NCBI GenBank assembly: GCA_002298225.1
Contig: DBMU01000036.1
Coordinates: 60,027-124,026 of the forward strand
Reading direction: 5' to 3'
Source: Bryobacterales bacterium UBA690
GTDB taxonomy: Bacteria; Acidobacteriota; Terriglobia; Bryobacterales; Bryobacteraceae
Length of the DNA: 64,000 nt
The translations under genes and the position numbers were made by a program. Of this stretch, positions 55,776 to 64,000 are shown one piece after another (the stretch's first letter is position 1; each line of letters starts with the position of its first letter). A model generated the notes under the pieces. The model was not told the origin of the DNA. It made no database searches and saw nothing but the letters and a program-made list of their open reading frames with translations.

Positions 55776-56594
55776 ATGACGGCATCGGCCCTGGTATTGT
55801 CAGCAGCGCTGCTGAGCTGGAAGGCGGAGATCGAGGAGAAGTCCGGGCTGCCGCTCCTGGTGGCGCAGGTCGAGTATGAGAAACAGGCCAACGAGCTGTG
55901 GCTGGCAGAAGACACCCCGAAGCGCGAGTTGTTCGTAAATTACCTCAGCATGGACAGATTCACGGAGCAGTTCGCCAAGATGTACGCAGTGACGGTGCAT
56001 CACATGACGCCGGGGAAGCAGGCGTACCTCATCATGATGAACGGGGCGAAGGAGGAGGCATGGCGCGGGCACGAAGAGGCCGTGCTGGCGCACGAGTTCG
56101 GGCATGCCTGGGTGCGGGCGCAGGGGTATCCTGCGCCGGTATTCACAAATACCCCGAGGGCCTGCATAGGCATCCACGCCGGGGACATCACACAGCACGT
56201 GCTGATCAGGGCAGAACTGGACGGGCGGGACATCGACTACCGGACTTTCTGGTTGCAGACGCTGGGCGAGGCGGCGGCAGACATGGAGAAGGCGGACCCG
56301 CCGCCGGAGTCGGACGGCTGCAGCCGGGCCCTGCTGGCGGCGCAACTGGTGGATGTCCGCCTGGGGTTGCCGCCCCAGCCGGACTTCGAGCGGGCGGCGA
56401 AAAAGTGGATGCCCAAGGTGCTGAGGACGGTGGACGAAATCGTCACCTACTTGCGGCGTCACAACATGTCGGATCGGGGAGAACACCGAGAAGCGCTGAA
56501 GTTTGTCTTCGAAAAGTTGAAAGAACTTGCCTATCAGCGGACGAAGGACTACCGGGTCTATGTTACGCTCAAAGAGAATCCACACGTCAGTTGA
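55776..56594 (+). CDS. Hypothetical protein with HEFGH metallo-motif
   Basis: HEFGHAWV HExxH motif. Signal-like N-terminus MTASALVLSAALLS. Directly upstream of mreB. Confidence 0.45.
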   Translation: MTASALVLSAALLSWKAEIEEKSGLPLLVAQVEYEKQANELWLAEDTPKRELFVNYLSMDRFTEQFAKMYAVTVHHMTPGKQAYLIMMNGAKEEAWRGHEEAVLAHEFGHAWVRAQGYPAPVFTNTPRACIGIHAGDITQHVLIRAELDGRDIDYRTFWLQTLGEAAADMEKADPPPESDGCSRALLAAQLVDVRLGLPPQPDFERAAKKWMPKVLRTVDEIVTYLRRHNMSDRGEHREALKFVFEKLKELAYQRTKDYRVYVTLKENPHVS

Positions 56595-56645
56595 CGTCGC
56601 GCAGCGCAATCTTTTAGCGGCGTTGCGCGCGGGCATATCCTCCAC

Positions 56646-57671
56646 ATGAATATTCGCTCGCTCTTTAGTTTGTTTTCATCTGACCTTGCGATTGACTTGG
56701 GAACAGCAAATACGCTGGTCTTCGCGCGCGGGAAAGGAATTGTCGTCAACGAGCCGTCGATTGTCGCCATCAACAAAACGAATGGCGAAGTGGAGGCGGT
56801 GGGCAAGGAAGCCAAGGACATGCTGGGGCGGACGCCGGGGAACATCGTGGCGATTCGTCCAATGAAGGACGGCGTGATCGCCGACTTCAAGGTGACCGAG
56901 CGCATGCTGAACTACTTTATTCAGAAGGCGCACGGGCGGAAGATGCTGGTGCATCCGCGAATCGTGATCGGGGTGCCGAGCGAGATCACGCAGGTGGAAA
57001 AGCGGGCGGTGATCGACTCGGCGTACCGGGCGAAGGCCAGCGAAGTGCACCTGGTGGAACAGGCGATGGTGGCGGCAATCGGCGCGGGCTTGCCGATCAC
57101 CGAGCCCTCGGGCAACATGGTGGTGGATATCGGCGGCGGAACCACCGACGTTGCGGTGATCTCGCTGTCGGGCATTGTGTACTCGCGATCCGTGCGCGTG
57201 GCGGGCAACGAGATGGACGACGCCATCATGCAGTACCTGAAGAAGAAGTACAACCTGCTGGTGGGCGAGCGGACGGCTGAACAGGTGAAGGTGCAGGTGG
57301 GCAGCGCCTATCCTCTGGATAAGCCGATCACGATGGAGATCAAGGGACGGAACCTGATCGAGGGCGTGCCGCGGACGATCGTGATCAACGATGAGGAGAT
57401 CCGCGAGGCGCTGGGCGAGTGCGTGGCCACAATCATGAACGCGATCCGCGTGGCTCTGGAGAGGACGCCTCCGGAGTTGAGCGCGGACATCAGCGACCGC
57501 GGCATCGTACTGACGGGCGGCGGCGCGCTGCTGAAGAACCTGGACAAGCGGATCCGCGAGGAGACGGGGCTGCCGGTGTCGATCGCGGAGGATCCGCTGG
57601 CGAGCGTCGTCCTGGGGACCGGCCGGATGCTAACGGATTTCAAACTGCTGCGCAGAATCGCGATCGAGTAA
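56646..57671 (+). CDS. mreB: Rod shape-determining protein MreB
   Basis: Actin-like ATPase DLGTANTLVF ... VVDIGGGTTD. Highly conserved throughout. Confidence 0.9.
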   Translation: MNIRSLFSLFSSDLAIDLGTANTLVFARGKGIVVNEPSIVAINKTNGEVEAVGKEAKDMLGRTPGNIVAIRPMKDGVIADFKVTERMLNYFIQKAHGRKMLVHPRIVIGVPSEITQVEKRAVIDSAYRAKASEVHLVEQAMVAAIGAGLPITEPSGNMVVDIGGGTTDVAVISLSGIVYSRSVRVAGNEMDDAIMQYLKKKYNLLVGERTAEQVKVQVGSAYPLDKPITMEIKGRNLIEGVPRTIVINDEEIREALGECVATIMNAIRVALERTPPELSADISDRGIVLTGGGALLKNLDKRIREETGLPVSIAEDPLASVVLGTGRMLTDFKLLRRIAIE

Positions 57672-57701
57672 GAGCTTGGGGGAAATCTCGAGCTTCGGAT
57701 C

Positions 57702-58961
57702 ATGGAAAGCTTCCTGAGCCGGTATCGGAACCTGAGCGTGCTGCTTCTCCTGGTGGTGGGGCAGTTGATGCTGCTGGCGTACCAGGTGAAGGCGCGCGAA
57801 GACGTGCCGCTGATCCGGGTGTGGGCGGTGACGGCGGTGACGCCGCTGGCCAAGAGTATCGAGTGGGTCCGCAGCGGCGGTGGCGGTTTCTTCAAGAACT
57901 ACGTTTTTCTGCAGGCGGCGGAGACGGAGAACCAGCGGCTGAAGCGAGAGGTGGGTGAACTGCGTCTGAAGAACCAGTTGCTCACATCGGAGATCCAGAC
58001 AGCGGACCGCGCCAAAGTGCTGGCGGAATTCCGGGCGCACGCGCCCTCGAAGACGCTGCCGGTGCGGGTGATCGGAACGGGGACGGGGGCAAATTCCCGA
58101 GTGGTGTATGTGGATCGCGGATCGGCAGACGGAGTGAAGCGGGGCATGGCTGCGATCGTGCCGGAGGGAATCGTAGGCCGGGTAATTGCGGCGTATCCAA
58201 CGGCAGCGCTGGTTCAGTTGATCACGGAGCCGGGATCGATTGCCGGGGTAGTATCCCAAAAGAACAAGGTGCGGGGGACTCTGAAGGGAAATGGAGCGGA
58301 CACGTGCGTGGTGGACTACGTCCAGAACCAGGAAAAGCTCGACATGGGCGAGTGGTTCTATACTACCGGCGCGGACCGTGTATTTCCGAAGGGTCTGCCT
58401 GTGGGACAGGTGAAGATGGTCCGGGATGGGCGGACCGGAAAAGAGATTGTGATCTCCCCCAGCGGCCTGCTGGCCGGAATCGACGAGATGCTGATCGTCA
58501 TCGACGGGGTGCACGGCTTGATCCCCGAGCCTGCGGCTCCAGCATCGACCGAGGTGAGCATCCTGGCGGCGCCTCCGGCCGAGGGTGGAACCGGAGTGGA
58601 GGCGGCATCGTCGCAGAGCGGCTCGCTAACTGACGCAGACCGGCTGAAAGAGAAGTACCGGAAGATCGGGGAGAGTCAGGGGATCGATTTCGGGGGAACG
58701 AAGGGGCGGGTCGTCGACTTTAACAAGCCGGTAACGCCGGGAGCCCCGGGGCAACCGGGTGCGGGACAGGCGGGCGCCGGACAGGCCGGTGGAGTGCAGC
58801 CGCCTGCGGCGGGCTCAGTGAAGCCTGCGGCGGGAGGGGCGCAGACGGCGCCGGCACAGCCCGCGGCAACGGGGACGGTAAAGCCGCCGCAGACAGGAAG
58901 CGGGCAGCCGGCGGGCGTGAAGCCTCCGGCGGCCAGAACGGCGGAGCCGGGCAAACAATGA
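57702..58961 (+). CDS. mreC: Rod shape-determining protein MreC with long Pro/Gly/Gln/Ala-rich C-terminal tail
   Basis: N-terminal TM helix, coiled coil, MreC beta-domains. About 120-aa low-complexity tail. Confidence 0.8.
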   Translation: MESFLSRYRNLSVLLLLVVGQLMLLAYQVKAREDVPLIRVWAVTAVTPLAKSIEWVRSGGGGFFKNYVFLQAAETENQRLKREVGELRLKNQLLTSEIQTADRAKVLAEFRAHAPSKTLPVRVIGTGTGANSRVVYVDRGSADGVKRGMAAIVPEGIVGRVIAAYPTAALVQLITEPGSIAGVVSQKNKVRGTLKGNGADTCVVDYVQNQEKLDMGEWFYTTGADRVFPKGLPVGQVKMVRDGRTGKEIVISPSGLLAGIDEMLIVIDGVHGLIPEPAAPASTEVSILAAPPAEGGTGVEAASSQSGSLTDADRLKEKYRKIGESQGIDFGGTKGRVVDFNKPVTPGAPGQPGAGQAGAGQAGGVQPPAAGSVKPAAGGAQTAPAQPAATGTVKPPQTGSGQPAGVKPPAARTAEPGKQ

Positions 58962-59494
58962 CGGGTATCGACGACAGGCTGCTTCCGGATCTGCCGGTGA
59001 AATCGAAGGTCTCGCGCTTCCGCCCGGTGGCCTACATTGTGCCGCCGCTGATCGCGATTCTGTTCCAGGTCTATGTGCCGCGGTTCGTGGATTTTCTTTC
59101 CTACCTGGAACTGCCGCTGCTGGTGACAGTGTATTTCGCGCTGATGCGCAGACAGCCGGTGGCGGGCGCAGTGATCGGCAGCGCGATCGGGCTGGTGCAG
59201 GATTCACTGTCGCAGCATCCCCTGGGATTGTTCGGCATCGTGAAGACGCTGGTGGGGTATTTCGCGGCGTCGATCAGCCAGCGGTTCGACGTGGAGAACG
59301 TGGCGCTGCGGTTCATCCTGAGCTTCTTCTTTTTCCTGTTCAATCAGTTCTTTGCATGGGTTCTGGAGCGGGGACTGCTGGGCCAGGCGGTGGAGCTGCA
59401 GGTGCCGCAGACGATCATTTTTGGATTCCTGAACGCGGTGGTGGCCGTGCCGCTGTTCATGGTGCTGGACCGGCTGAAGACTGAAGAAATGTGA
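58958..59494 (+). CDS. mreD: Rod shape-determining protein MreD
   Basis: Polytopic small membrane protein. ATGA overlap with mreC. Position in the operon. Confidence 0.7.
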   Translation: MTGIDDRLLPDLPVKSKVSRFRPVAYIVPPLIAILFQVYVPRFVDFLSYLELPLLVTVYFALMRRQPVAGAVIGSAIGLVQDSLSQHPLGLFGIVKTLVGYFAASISQRFDVENVALRFILSFFFFLFNQFFAWVLERGLLGQAVELQVPQTIIFGFLNAVVAVPLFMVLDRLKTEEM

Positions 59495-59542
59495 GGAGTT
59501 TCGGCCCAAGGCAGCCGTAGAATTTAGGAAGAGGGACAGGCA

Positions 59543-61477
59543 GTGGGATATTTACCATCGGAGAGACCGGCAGACACAAAGCCGGCACCGCGCCTGCTGA
59601 GGGACGACGAGACGAAGTTCGCGGCGGGGCAGATCGCCGCATTTCAGTATTTCGCTCTGGCCGTCTTCGTTTTCCTGCTGGTGGGTTTTTGGGATCTGCA
59701 GGTGCGCAACGAAGAGTTCTACTTCGAGAAGGCGCAGCAGAACCAGATCAAGAGCCTGCCGATTCCGGCGCCGCGCGGGAAGATCCTGGACCGCGACGGC
59801 CGTGTGATCGTGGACAATCACTCGTCGTACCGGCTGATCATGTCGCGTGAGAATATGCGGGAGGATCACATCCGGCCGATCGCGATGGGGCTGAACCTGG
59901 ATCCTGAGGAGCTTGAACTCAAGGTCCGGCGGTTCAAGCGGCAGCCGAGCTACCTCACGATCCCGCTGAAGGAAGAGCTGAGCGTCGATGAACTGACGTT
60001 CGTGGAAGCGCACAAGGGCGGAGAGAGCTTTCCGGAGCTGGAGCTGATCAAGTCGCAGAACCGGATCTACCCGCAGGGCGGAGTAGCTGCGCACCTGCTG
60101 GGGTACGTGGGTGAAATCAACGACGCGGAGCTGAACTCTCCGGACTGGGCGAACCACAACCCGGGCGATCTAATCGGCAAAGTCGGCATCGAGCGGCAGT
60201 ACAACGAGCAACTGACGGGGATCGATGGACAGCGCCAGGTGAAGGTCGACAACCGGATGAACACGCGTGAGGTGCTAGGCATCAAAGACGCGCTGCCGGG
60301 CAAGGATCTGAAACTGACGATCGACCTGGATCTGCAGGTGGTGGCGGAACTGGCGATGGAGAACAAGCGGGGCGCCGTCGTGGCGTTGGATCCGCGGACG
60401 GGAGAGGTGCTGGCGTTTGTGTCCACGCCTGCGTTCGATCCGAATCACTTTGTGGGACGGATCGATCAGAAGGAGTACGCAGCGCTCGTCCAGAATCCGT
60501 ACAAGCCGCTGTTCAACCGGGCGATCCAGGCGCAGCAGGCGCCGGGTTCGACGTTCAAGCCGATCATGGCGCTGGCCGGGCTGGAGACGGGGGAGATCGA
60601 TGAGAACTTCTCCGTGCATTGTCCGGGTGGCGCGACGTGGTACGGCCGTTATTTCAAGTGCCACAAGAAGAGTGGTCACGGGACCGTGACGCTGAAGACG
60701 GCGATCGCGCAGAGCTGCGACGTGTATTTCTACGCGGTGGGCAACAAGCTGGGGATCGACAGGATCGCGGAGTATGCGGAATTGGCGGGCCTGGGCAAAA
60801 AGACGGGCATCGACCTGCCGGGAGAGAAAGAAGGCGTGGTGCCGTCTTCGAAGTGGAAGATCCGGACGCAGCGGGAGAAGTGGTACGCGGGCGAGACGAT
60901 TTCGGTCTCGGTAGGCCAGGGCGCTTTGACGATCACGCCGCTGCAACTGGCGCACGCGATCGGCGGAATCGCGACGGGCGGCGTTTGGATGAAGCCGCAC
61001 CTGATCAAAGATGACAAGCCGGCCGAGCCGGCGCACAAGGCGAACCTGAACCTGGACAACGTGAATAAGGTGATCGGCGGGATGTACGCGGTGGTGAACG
61101 AGTGGGGCACGGGCGCGGCATCACGGATTCCGGGGATCGAAATGTGCGGCAAGACGGGGACTGCGCAGTTGGCGTCGAACGATGCGCTGAAGCAGATGAA
61201 GGGCGAGGAGTGGAAAGACAATGCGTGGTTCGTCGGATTCGCGCCGCGGCAGGGGGCGGAGATTGTGGTAGCGACGCTGTTTGAGAACGGCGCGCACGGC
61301 GATCAAGCGGCGCCGATTGTGAGAGATGTGATCAAGGCATACTTTGACAAGAAGGCGAGATTGAACAAGCTGCAGCAGCCGGCGCCGAGCCTGGCGATGG
61401 GCTTGGCGAATCCGGCGGCGGCGGGACAGTCCCGCACGGCCGATGGCGGGCAGGCGCCGGCCCAGGGAGCGCGTTGA
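59543..61477 (+). CDS. mrdA: Penicillin-binding protein 2 (peptidoglycan D,D-transpeptidase)
   Basis: SxxK (STFKP), SxN and KTG(T) motifs. PBP dimerisation domain. Confidence 0.9.
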   Translation: MGYLPSERPADTKPAPRLLRDDETKFAAGQIAAFQYFALAVFVFLLVGFWDLQVRNEEFYFEKAQQNQIKSLPIPAPRGKILDRDGRVIVDNHSSYRLIMSRENMREDHIRPIAMGLNLDPEELELKVRRFKRQPSYLTIPLKEELSVDELTFVEAHKGGESFPELELIKSQNRIYPQGGVAAHLLGYVGEINDAELNSPDWANHNPGDLIGKVGIERQYNEQLTGIDGQRQVKVDNRMNTREVLGIKDALPGKDLKLTIDLDLQVVAELAMENKRGAVVALDPRTGEVLAFVSTPAFDPNHFVGRIDQKEYAALVQNPYKPLFNRAIQAQQAPGSTFKPIMALAGLETGEIDENFSVHCPGGATWYGRYFKCHKKSGHGTVTLKTAIAQSCDVYFYAVGNKLGIDRIAEYAELAGLGKKTGIDLPGEKEGVVPSSKWKIRTQREKWYAGETISVSVGQGALTITPLQLAHAIGGIATGGVWMKPHLIKDDKPAEPAHKANLNLDNVNKVIGGMYAVVNEWGTGAASRIPGIEMCGKTGTAQLASNDALKQMKGEEWKDNAWFVGFAPRQGAEIVVATLFENGAHGDQAAPIVRDVIKAYFDKKARLNKLQQPAPSLAMGLANPAAAGQSRTADGGQAPAQGAR

Positions 61478-62568
61478 TGTCGTCGTACCGTTCGCTGCGG
61501 GGTCTGGACTGGACGATGCTGCTGATCGCGATAGCGATCTGCGCGCTGGGAATCCTGCAGATCTACAGCGCGACACTGGACACGGCCTGGCGGTCTGCGT
61601 GGTGGAAACAGATCCTGTACCTGGCGGTTGGGCTGGTGATGATGTGGCTGATGACGCGGATCGACTACCACACGCTGATGGGCCAGGTGCCGCTCTTATA
61701 TGGAGCGAGTCTGGTGCTGCTGATAGTGACGCCGCTGGTGGGACGGCTGGTTTGGGGGTCGAAGCGGTGGATACCGCTGGGGCTTGGATTCAAGTTTCAG
61801 ACTTCGGAGTTCGTGAAACTAGTGATAGTATTACTGGTAGCCCGGTATGTGGCCGAGTTGAAGACCGACCGGTTGGATGTCCGGGACATGCTCAAACTGG
61901 GAGCGCTGGTCGGATTGCCATTCGCCCTGGTGGCGGCACAGCCGGATCTAGGCACATCCCTGACGTATTTGCCGATCCTGCTGATTGGATTGTTCTTAGG
62001 TGGAATACGTTGGCAGCACGCGGCGGCCGTCGCGGCGCTGGCAGCGGTATTGATGCCGGTTGGCTGGTTCTTCCTGAAGGACTACCAGAGAGCGCGTCTG
62101 GAGACGTTCATCGATCCGATGAGGGATCCGGCGGGCAAAGGGTACCAGGTGATCCAGTCGAAGATTGCGGTCGGCGCTGGAGGGATTTGGGGCCGCGGAG
62201 CAACCCGCGGATCTCAGACGCAGATGCGGTTTCTCCCTGTGGCGCATACAGATTTTTTGATCTCGGCTTTTGCCGAGGAGCATGGTTTTGTCGGCATTCT
62301 GTTCGTGTTGGTGCTGTACTTCCTGCTGTTGATGCAGATCGTGCAAAATGCACAAACGGCGCCGGATCGGGCGGGGATGCTGATTTGTATGGGTGTTTGC
62401 TCGCTGCTGCTGTTTCATCTTCTGGTGAATGCTGGAATGGCGGCAGGGCGGATGCCGGTGACCGGGATTCCGCTGCCCCTGATGAGTTACGGGGGATCGA
62501 GCATGTTGTCGGTATTTATGATGCTGGGGCTGGTAAATAATGTCCGGCTCCGGCGGTTCGTATCGTGA
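61474..62568 (+). CDS. rodA: Peptidoglycan glycosyltransferase RodA (SEDS family)
   Basis: FtsW/RodA/SpoVE signature. ATGA overlap with mrdA. Confidence 0.9.
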   Translation: MMSSYRSLRGLDWTMLLIAIAICALGILQIYSATLDTAWRSAWWKQILYLAVGLVMMWLMTRIDYHTLMGQVPLLYGASLVLLIVTPLVGRLVWGSKRWIPLGLGFKFQTSEFVKLVIVLLVARYVAELKTDRLDVRDMLKLGALVGLPFALVAAQPDLGTSLTYLPILLIGLFLGGIRWQHAAAVAALAAVLMPVGWFFLKDYQRARLETFIDPMRDPAGKGYQVIQSKIAVGAGGIWGRGATRGSQTQMRFLPVAHTDFLISAFAEEHGFVGILFVLVLYFLLLMQIVQNAQTAPDRAGMLICMGVCSLLLFHLLVNAGMAAGRMPVTGIPLPLMSYGGSSMLSVFMMLGLVNNVRLRRFVS

Positions 62569-62880
62569 GCGAGACGGACATGAGAGTGAGCCGGAAGGGA
62601 TGTCCCTCCGGCGCCAGGTGACAATTCAGCAAGATTTGAAAAGCGGCCGCAATAGAAAGACGGTCGCCGCCGCTTGAGAGCGCCGCCAGGTCTTCCGGCA
62701 GAGACAACCGGGAGGAGCGGGCGCCGGCGGTAGAGCAGAAGAGTTTCATGAATTGGCGGGCTGCCCCGGGGAGAAGCCTCGAACCCGGCAAGCCAGCGTC
62801 CCACCTGAGCCCCGAAGGCCAGACCGGTCCTCCATCGCTCCCATGCTGTCCTTGCCGCGAAGAGCGGAGGACTGAGATCG

Positions 62881-64000
62881 ATGTCATCAAAAGAACTGGT
62901 GGTCAGCCAGAGCCGCCACGAGACCAAAGTAGGGATTCTCGAGGAAGGGCAACTTGTCGAAGTGTTTTTCCAGCGGGCGAATGAGTATTCGCTGGCGGGG
63001 AGCATTCACAAAGGACGCGTGACGCGCGTCCTGCCGGGCATGCAGTCGGCGTTCGTGGACCTGGGTCTGGAGCGCGACTGCTTCCTGTATGTATCGGATT
63101 TCTTCGAAGAGCACGCGGACGAGATCGACCGCGTGCAGGACGACCGTCGCGGGCGCGACCGGGATCGGGACCGGGATCGGGACCGCGATCGTGGCCGCGG
63201 GCGTGATCGGGATCGGGACCGTGATCGGGAAGCGCGGCCGGCAGCGGAGCCTGCGCCGGAGGCCGTGATTGCGGCGCCGGTGGAAGAAGCGCCAGCCGAG
63301 GCCCCGAGCGGCGAAGAGGCCGCGGGCGCGGATGCGGGTCGTGACCGGGGCGAGCGCCGGGGGCGTCGATCGCGCAGACGGAGGCGCGGCGGACGCGGAT
63401 TGCCCGAATCGAAATTCGCCAGCGTGGGCGAGACGGCGGGTGAGGAATCGGCGGCCGGTGAAGAGGCGATGGAGCCCGCCGAAGAACTGACGGAAGAATC
63501 CGTCGAAATGGAAGAAGTGGTGCTGTTGCCCGGCGAATCGCTGTCCAAGTACAGGACGCCGGACGAGGCAGCGGCTCCGGTTGCGGAGGAGGAACTGGAA
63601 GCAGCAGCGGAAGCTGCCGCGGAAGAGGCGGCTGAAGAGATTCTGGACCGCGTCGAAGCAATCGAGCATCGCGCCGAGATGTTGGTTGACGTCGCAGGCG
63701 AGGAACCTGCATCGGCGGTAGTTGAGGAAGCGGCCGAGGAAGCGGTTGCTGCAGCTCCGGCCGAGGAAGTCGAAGAAGACGAAATCGCGCTGGAAACCGC
63801 GGACGAAGTCGAAGCGGAGCCTGCGGTGGAAGCGGCTTCGGCGGCCGAGGAAGAAGCGGAAGAGCCCGCCGAGGGCGTTGCGGCAGAGGAAGAAGAGGGA
63901 GTTGAGCCGGCGCGCATGCCGCAGAGCCTGACGGCGACGCTGCGCGCGCAGGGCGGCCGGGCTCCCCACCGGATCTCGCGGCGCATGAGGCGGCGCGGGC
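62881..64000 (+). CDS. rne: Ribonuclease E/G family protein, 3'-partial, with RD-dipeptide repeat and acidic low-complexity insertion after the start of the S1 region
   Basis: N-terminus KGRVTRVLPGMQSAFVDLGLERDCFLYV matches the RNase E/G S1 motif ([28 protein letters not shown]). Followed by RDRDRDRDRDRDRGRGRDRDRDRDR and a roughly 270-aa E/A-rich tract. The ORF runs off the window end. Confidence 0.7.
   Translation, partial: MSSKELVVSQSRHETKVGILEEGQLVEVFFQRANEYSLAGSIHKGRVTRVLPGMQSAFVDLGLERDCFLYVSDFFEEHADEIDRVQDDRRGRDRDRDRDRDRDRGRGRDRDRDRDREARPAAEPAPEAVIAAPVEEAPAEAPSGEEAAGADAGRDRGERRGRRSRRRRRGGRGLPESKFASVGETAGEESAAGEEAMEPAEELTEESVEMEEVVLLPGESLSKYRTPDEAAAPVAEEELEAAAEAAAEEAAEEILDRVEAIEHRAEMLVDVAGEEPASAVVEEAAEEAVAAAPAEEVEEDEIALETADEVEAEPAVEAASAAEEEAEEPAEGVAAEEEEGVEPARMPQSLTATLRAQGGRAPHRISRRMRRRG
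63141..63232 (+). repeat. In-frame hexanucleotide tandem repeat (GACCGG/GATCGG)n encoding an (RD)n tract inside rne
   Basis: cgcgaccgggatcgggaccgggatcgggaccgcgatcgtggccgcgggcgtgatcgggatcgggaccgtgatcggga. Confidence 0.7.

Noticed and set aside
63141-63232. Short tandem repeat that could be mistaken for a CRISPR or minisatellite
   Set aside because: The unit is 6 nt, in frame, inside a CDS. There are no spacers and no cas genes. It is a coding RD-dipeptide repeat.
62887-63986. Two long minus-strand ORFs (360 and 326 aa) antisense to the rne low-complexity region
   Set aside because: Their Arg/Ser/Ala-rich translations arise from the antisense of the GAG/GCG-rich coding repeat. The sense frame has a clear RNase E/G N-terminus and its start codon follows a long leader.
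1-64000. tRNA, rRNA or CRISPR loci
   Set aside because: No rRNA-like conserved segments, no evenly spaced direct repeats with spacers, and no cloverleaf-compatible region in the few non-coding gaps were seen by eye. tRNA cannot be strictly excluded without tRNAscan-SE.

Overview
High-GC (about 62-65%) chromosomal segment, probably from an Acidobacteria-like soil bacterium. That placement is inferred from the hopanoid radical-SAM gene hpnH, a PEP-CTERM-like microprotein, several ECF sigma factors, a CHAT/TPR protein and many secreted glycoside hydrolases and peptidases, so it is low-confidence. The window is densely coding with about 58 genes on both strands. Recognisable housekeeping blocks are a complete rod-shape operon (mreB-mreC-mreD-mrdA-rodA) followed by a 3'-truncated RNase E/G, clpP, icd, purE, lhgO, pgsA, a SulP bicarbonate-type transporter with beta-carbonic anhydrase, and hpnH. 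Accessory content: (i) an apparent operon DJ-1/PfpI + ABC ATPase + ABC-2 permease fused to a degenerate amidohydrolase-like domain + a large secreted CBM/C45-type Ntn-hydrolase; (ii) CHAT/TPR caspase-like protein + sigma-70-family gene behind an AT-rich region with a palindrome over the RBS; (iii) ECF sigma / anti-sigma / secreted STN-like protein trio; (iv) a carbohydrate cluster (GH32, two paralogous GH43-like beta-propellers, a BNR/Asp-box sialidase-like protein, and a GH gene disrupted by a frameshift plus an in-frame TAG); (v) a peptidase island (S46, M50, S15, A24); (vi) a U32 peptidase - NUDIX - HExxH/ComEA-HhH membrane protein trio. I found a REP-like intergenic repeat family with four copies sharing palindromic CGCTCGCGGCT/AGCCGCGAGCG arms and a GAGCGGGTGTAACGG box, an in-frame (GACCGG/GATCGG)n hexanucleotide tandem repeat encoding an RD-dipeptide tract inside the RNase E/G S1 region, candidate operators for a TetR (hpnH divergent region) and an Rrf2 regulator, and several GC-rich terminator hairpins. 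No rRNA, tRNA or CRISPR array was seen. Hand-derived coordinates for non-CDS elements may be off by 1-2 nt.
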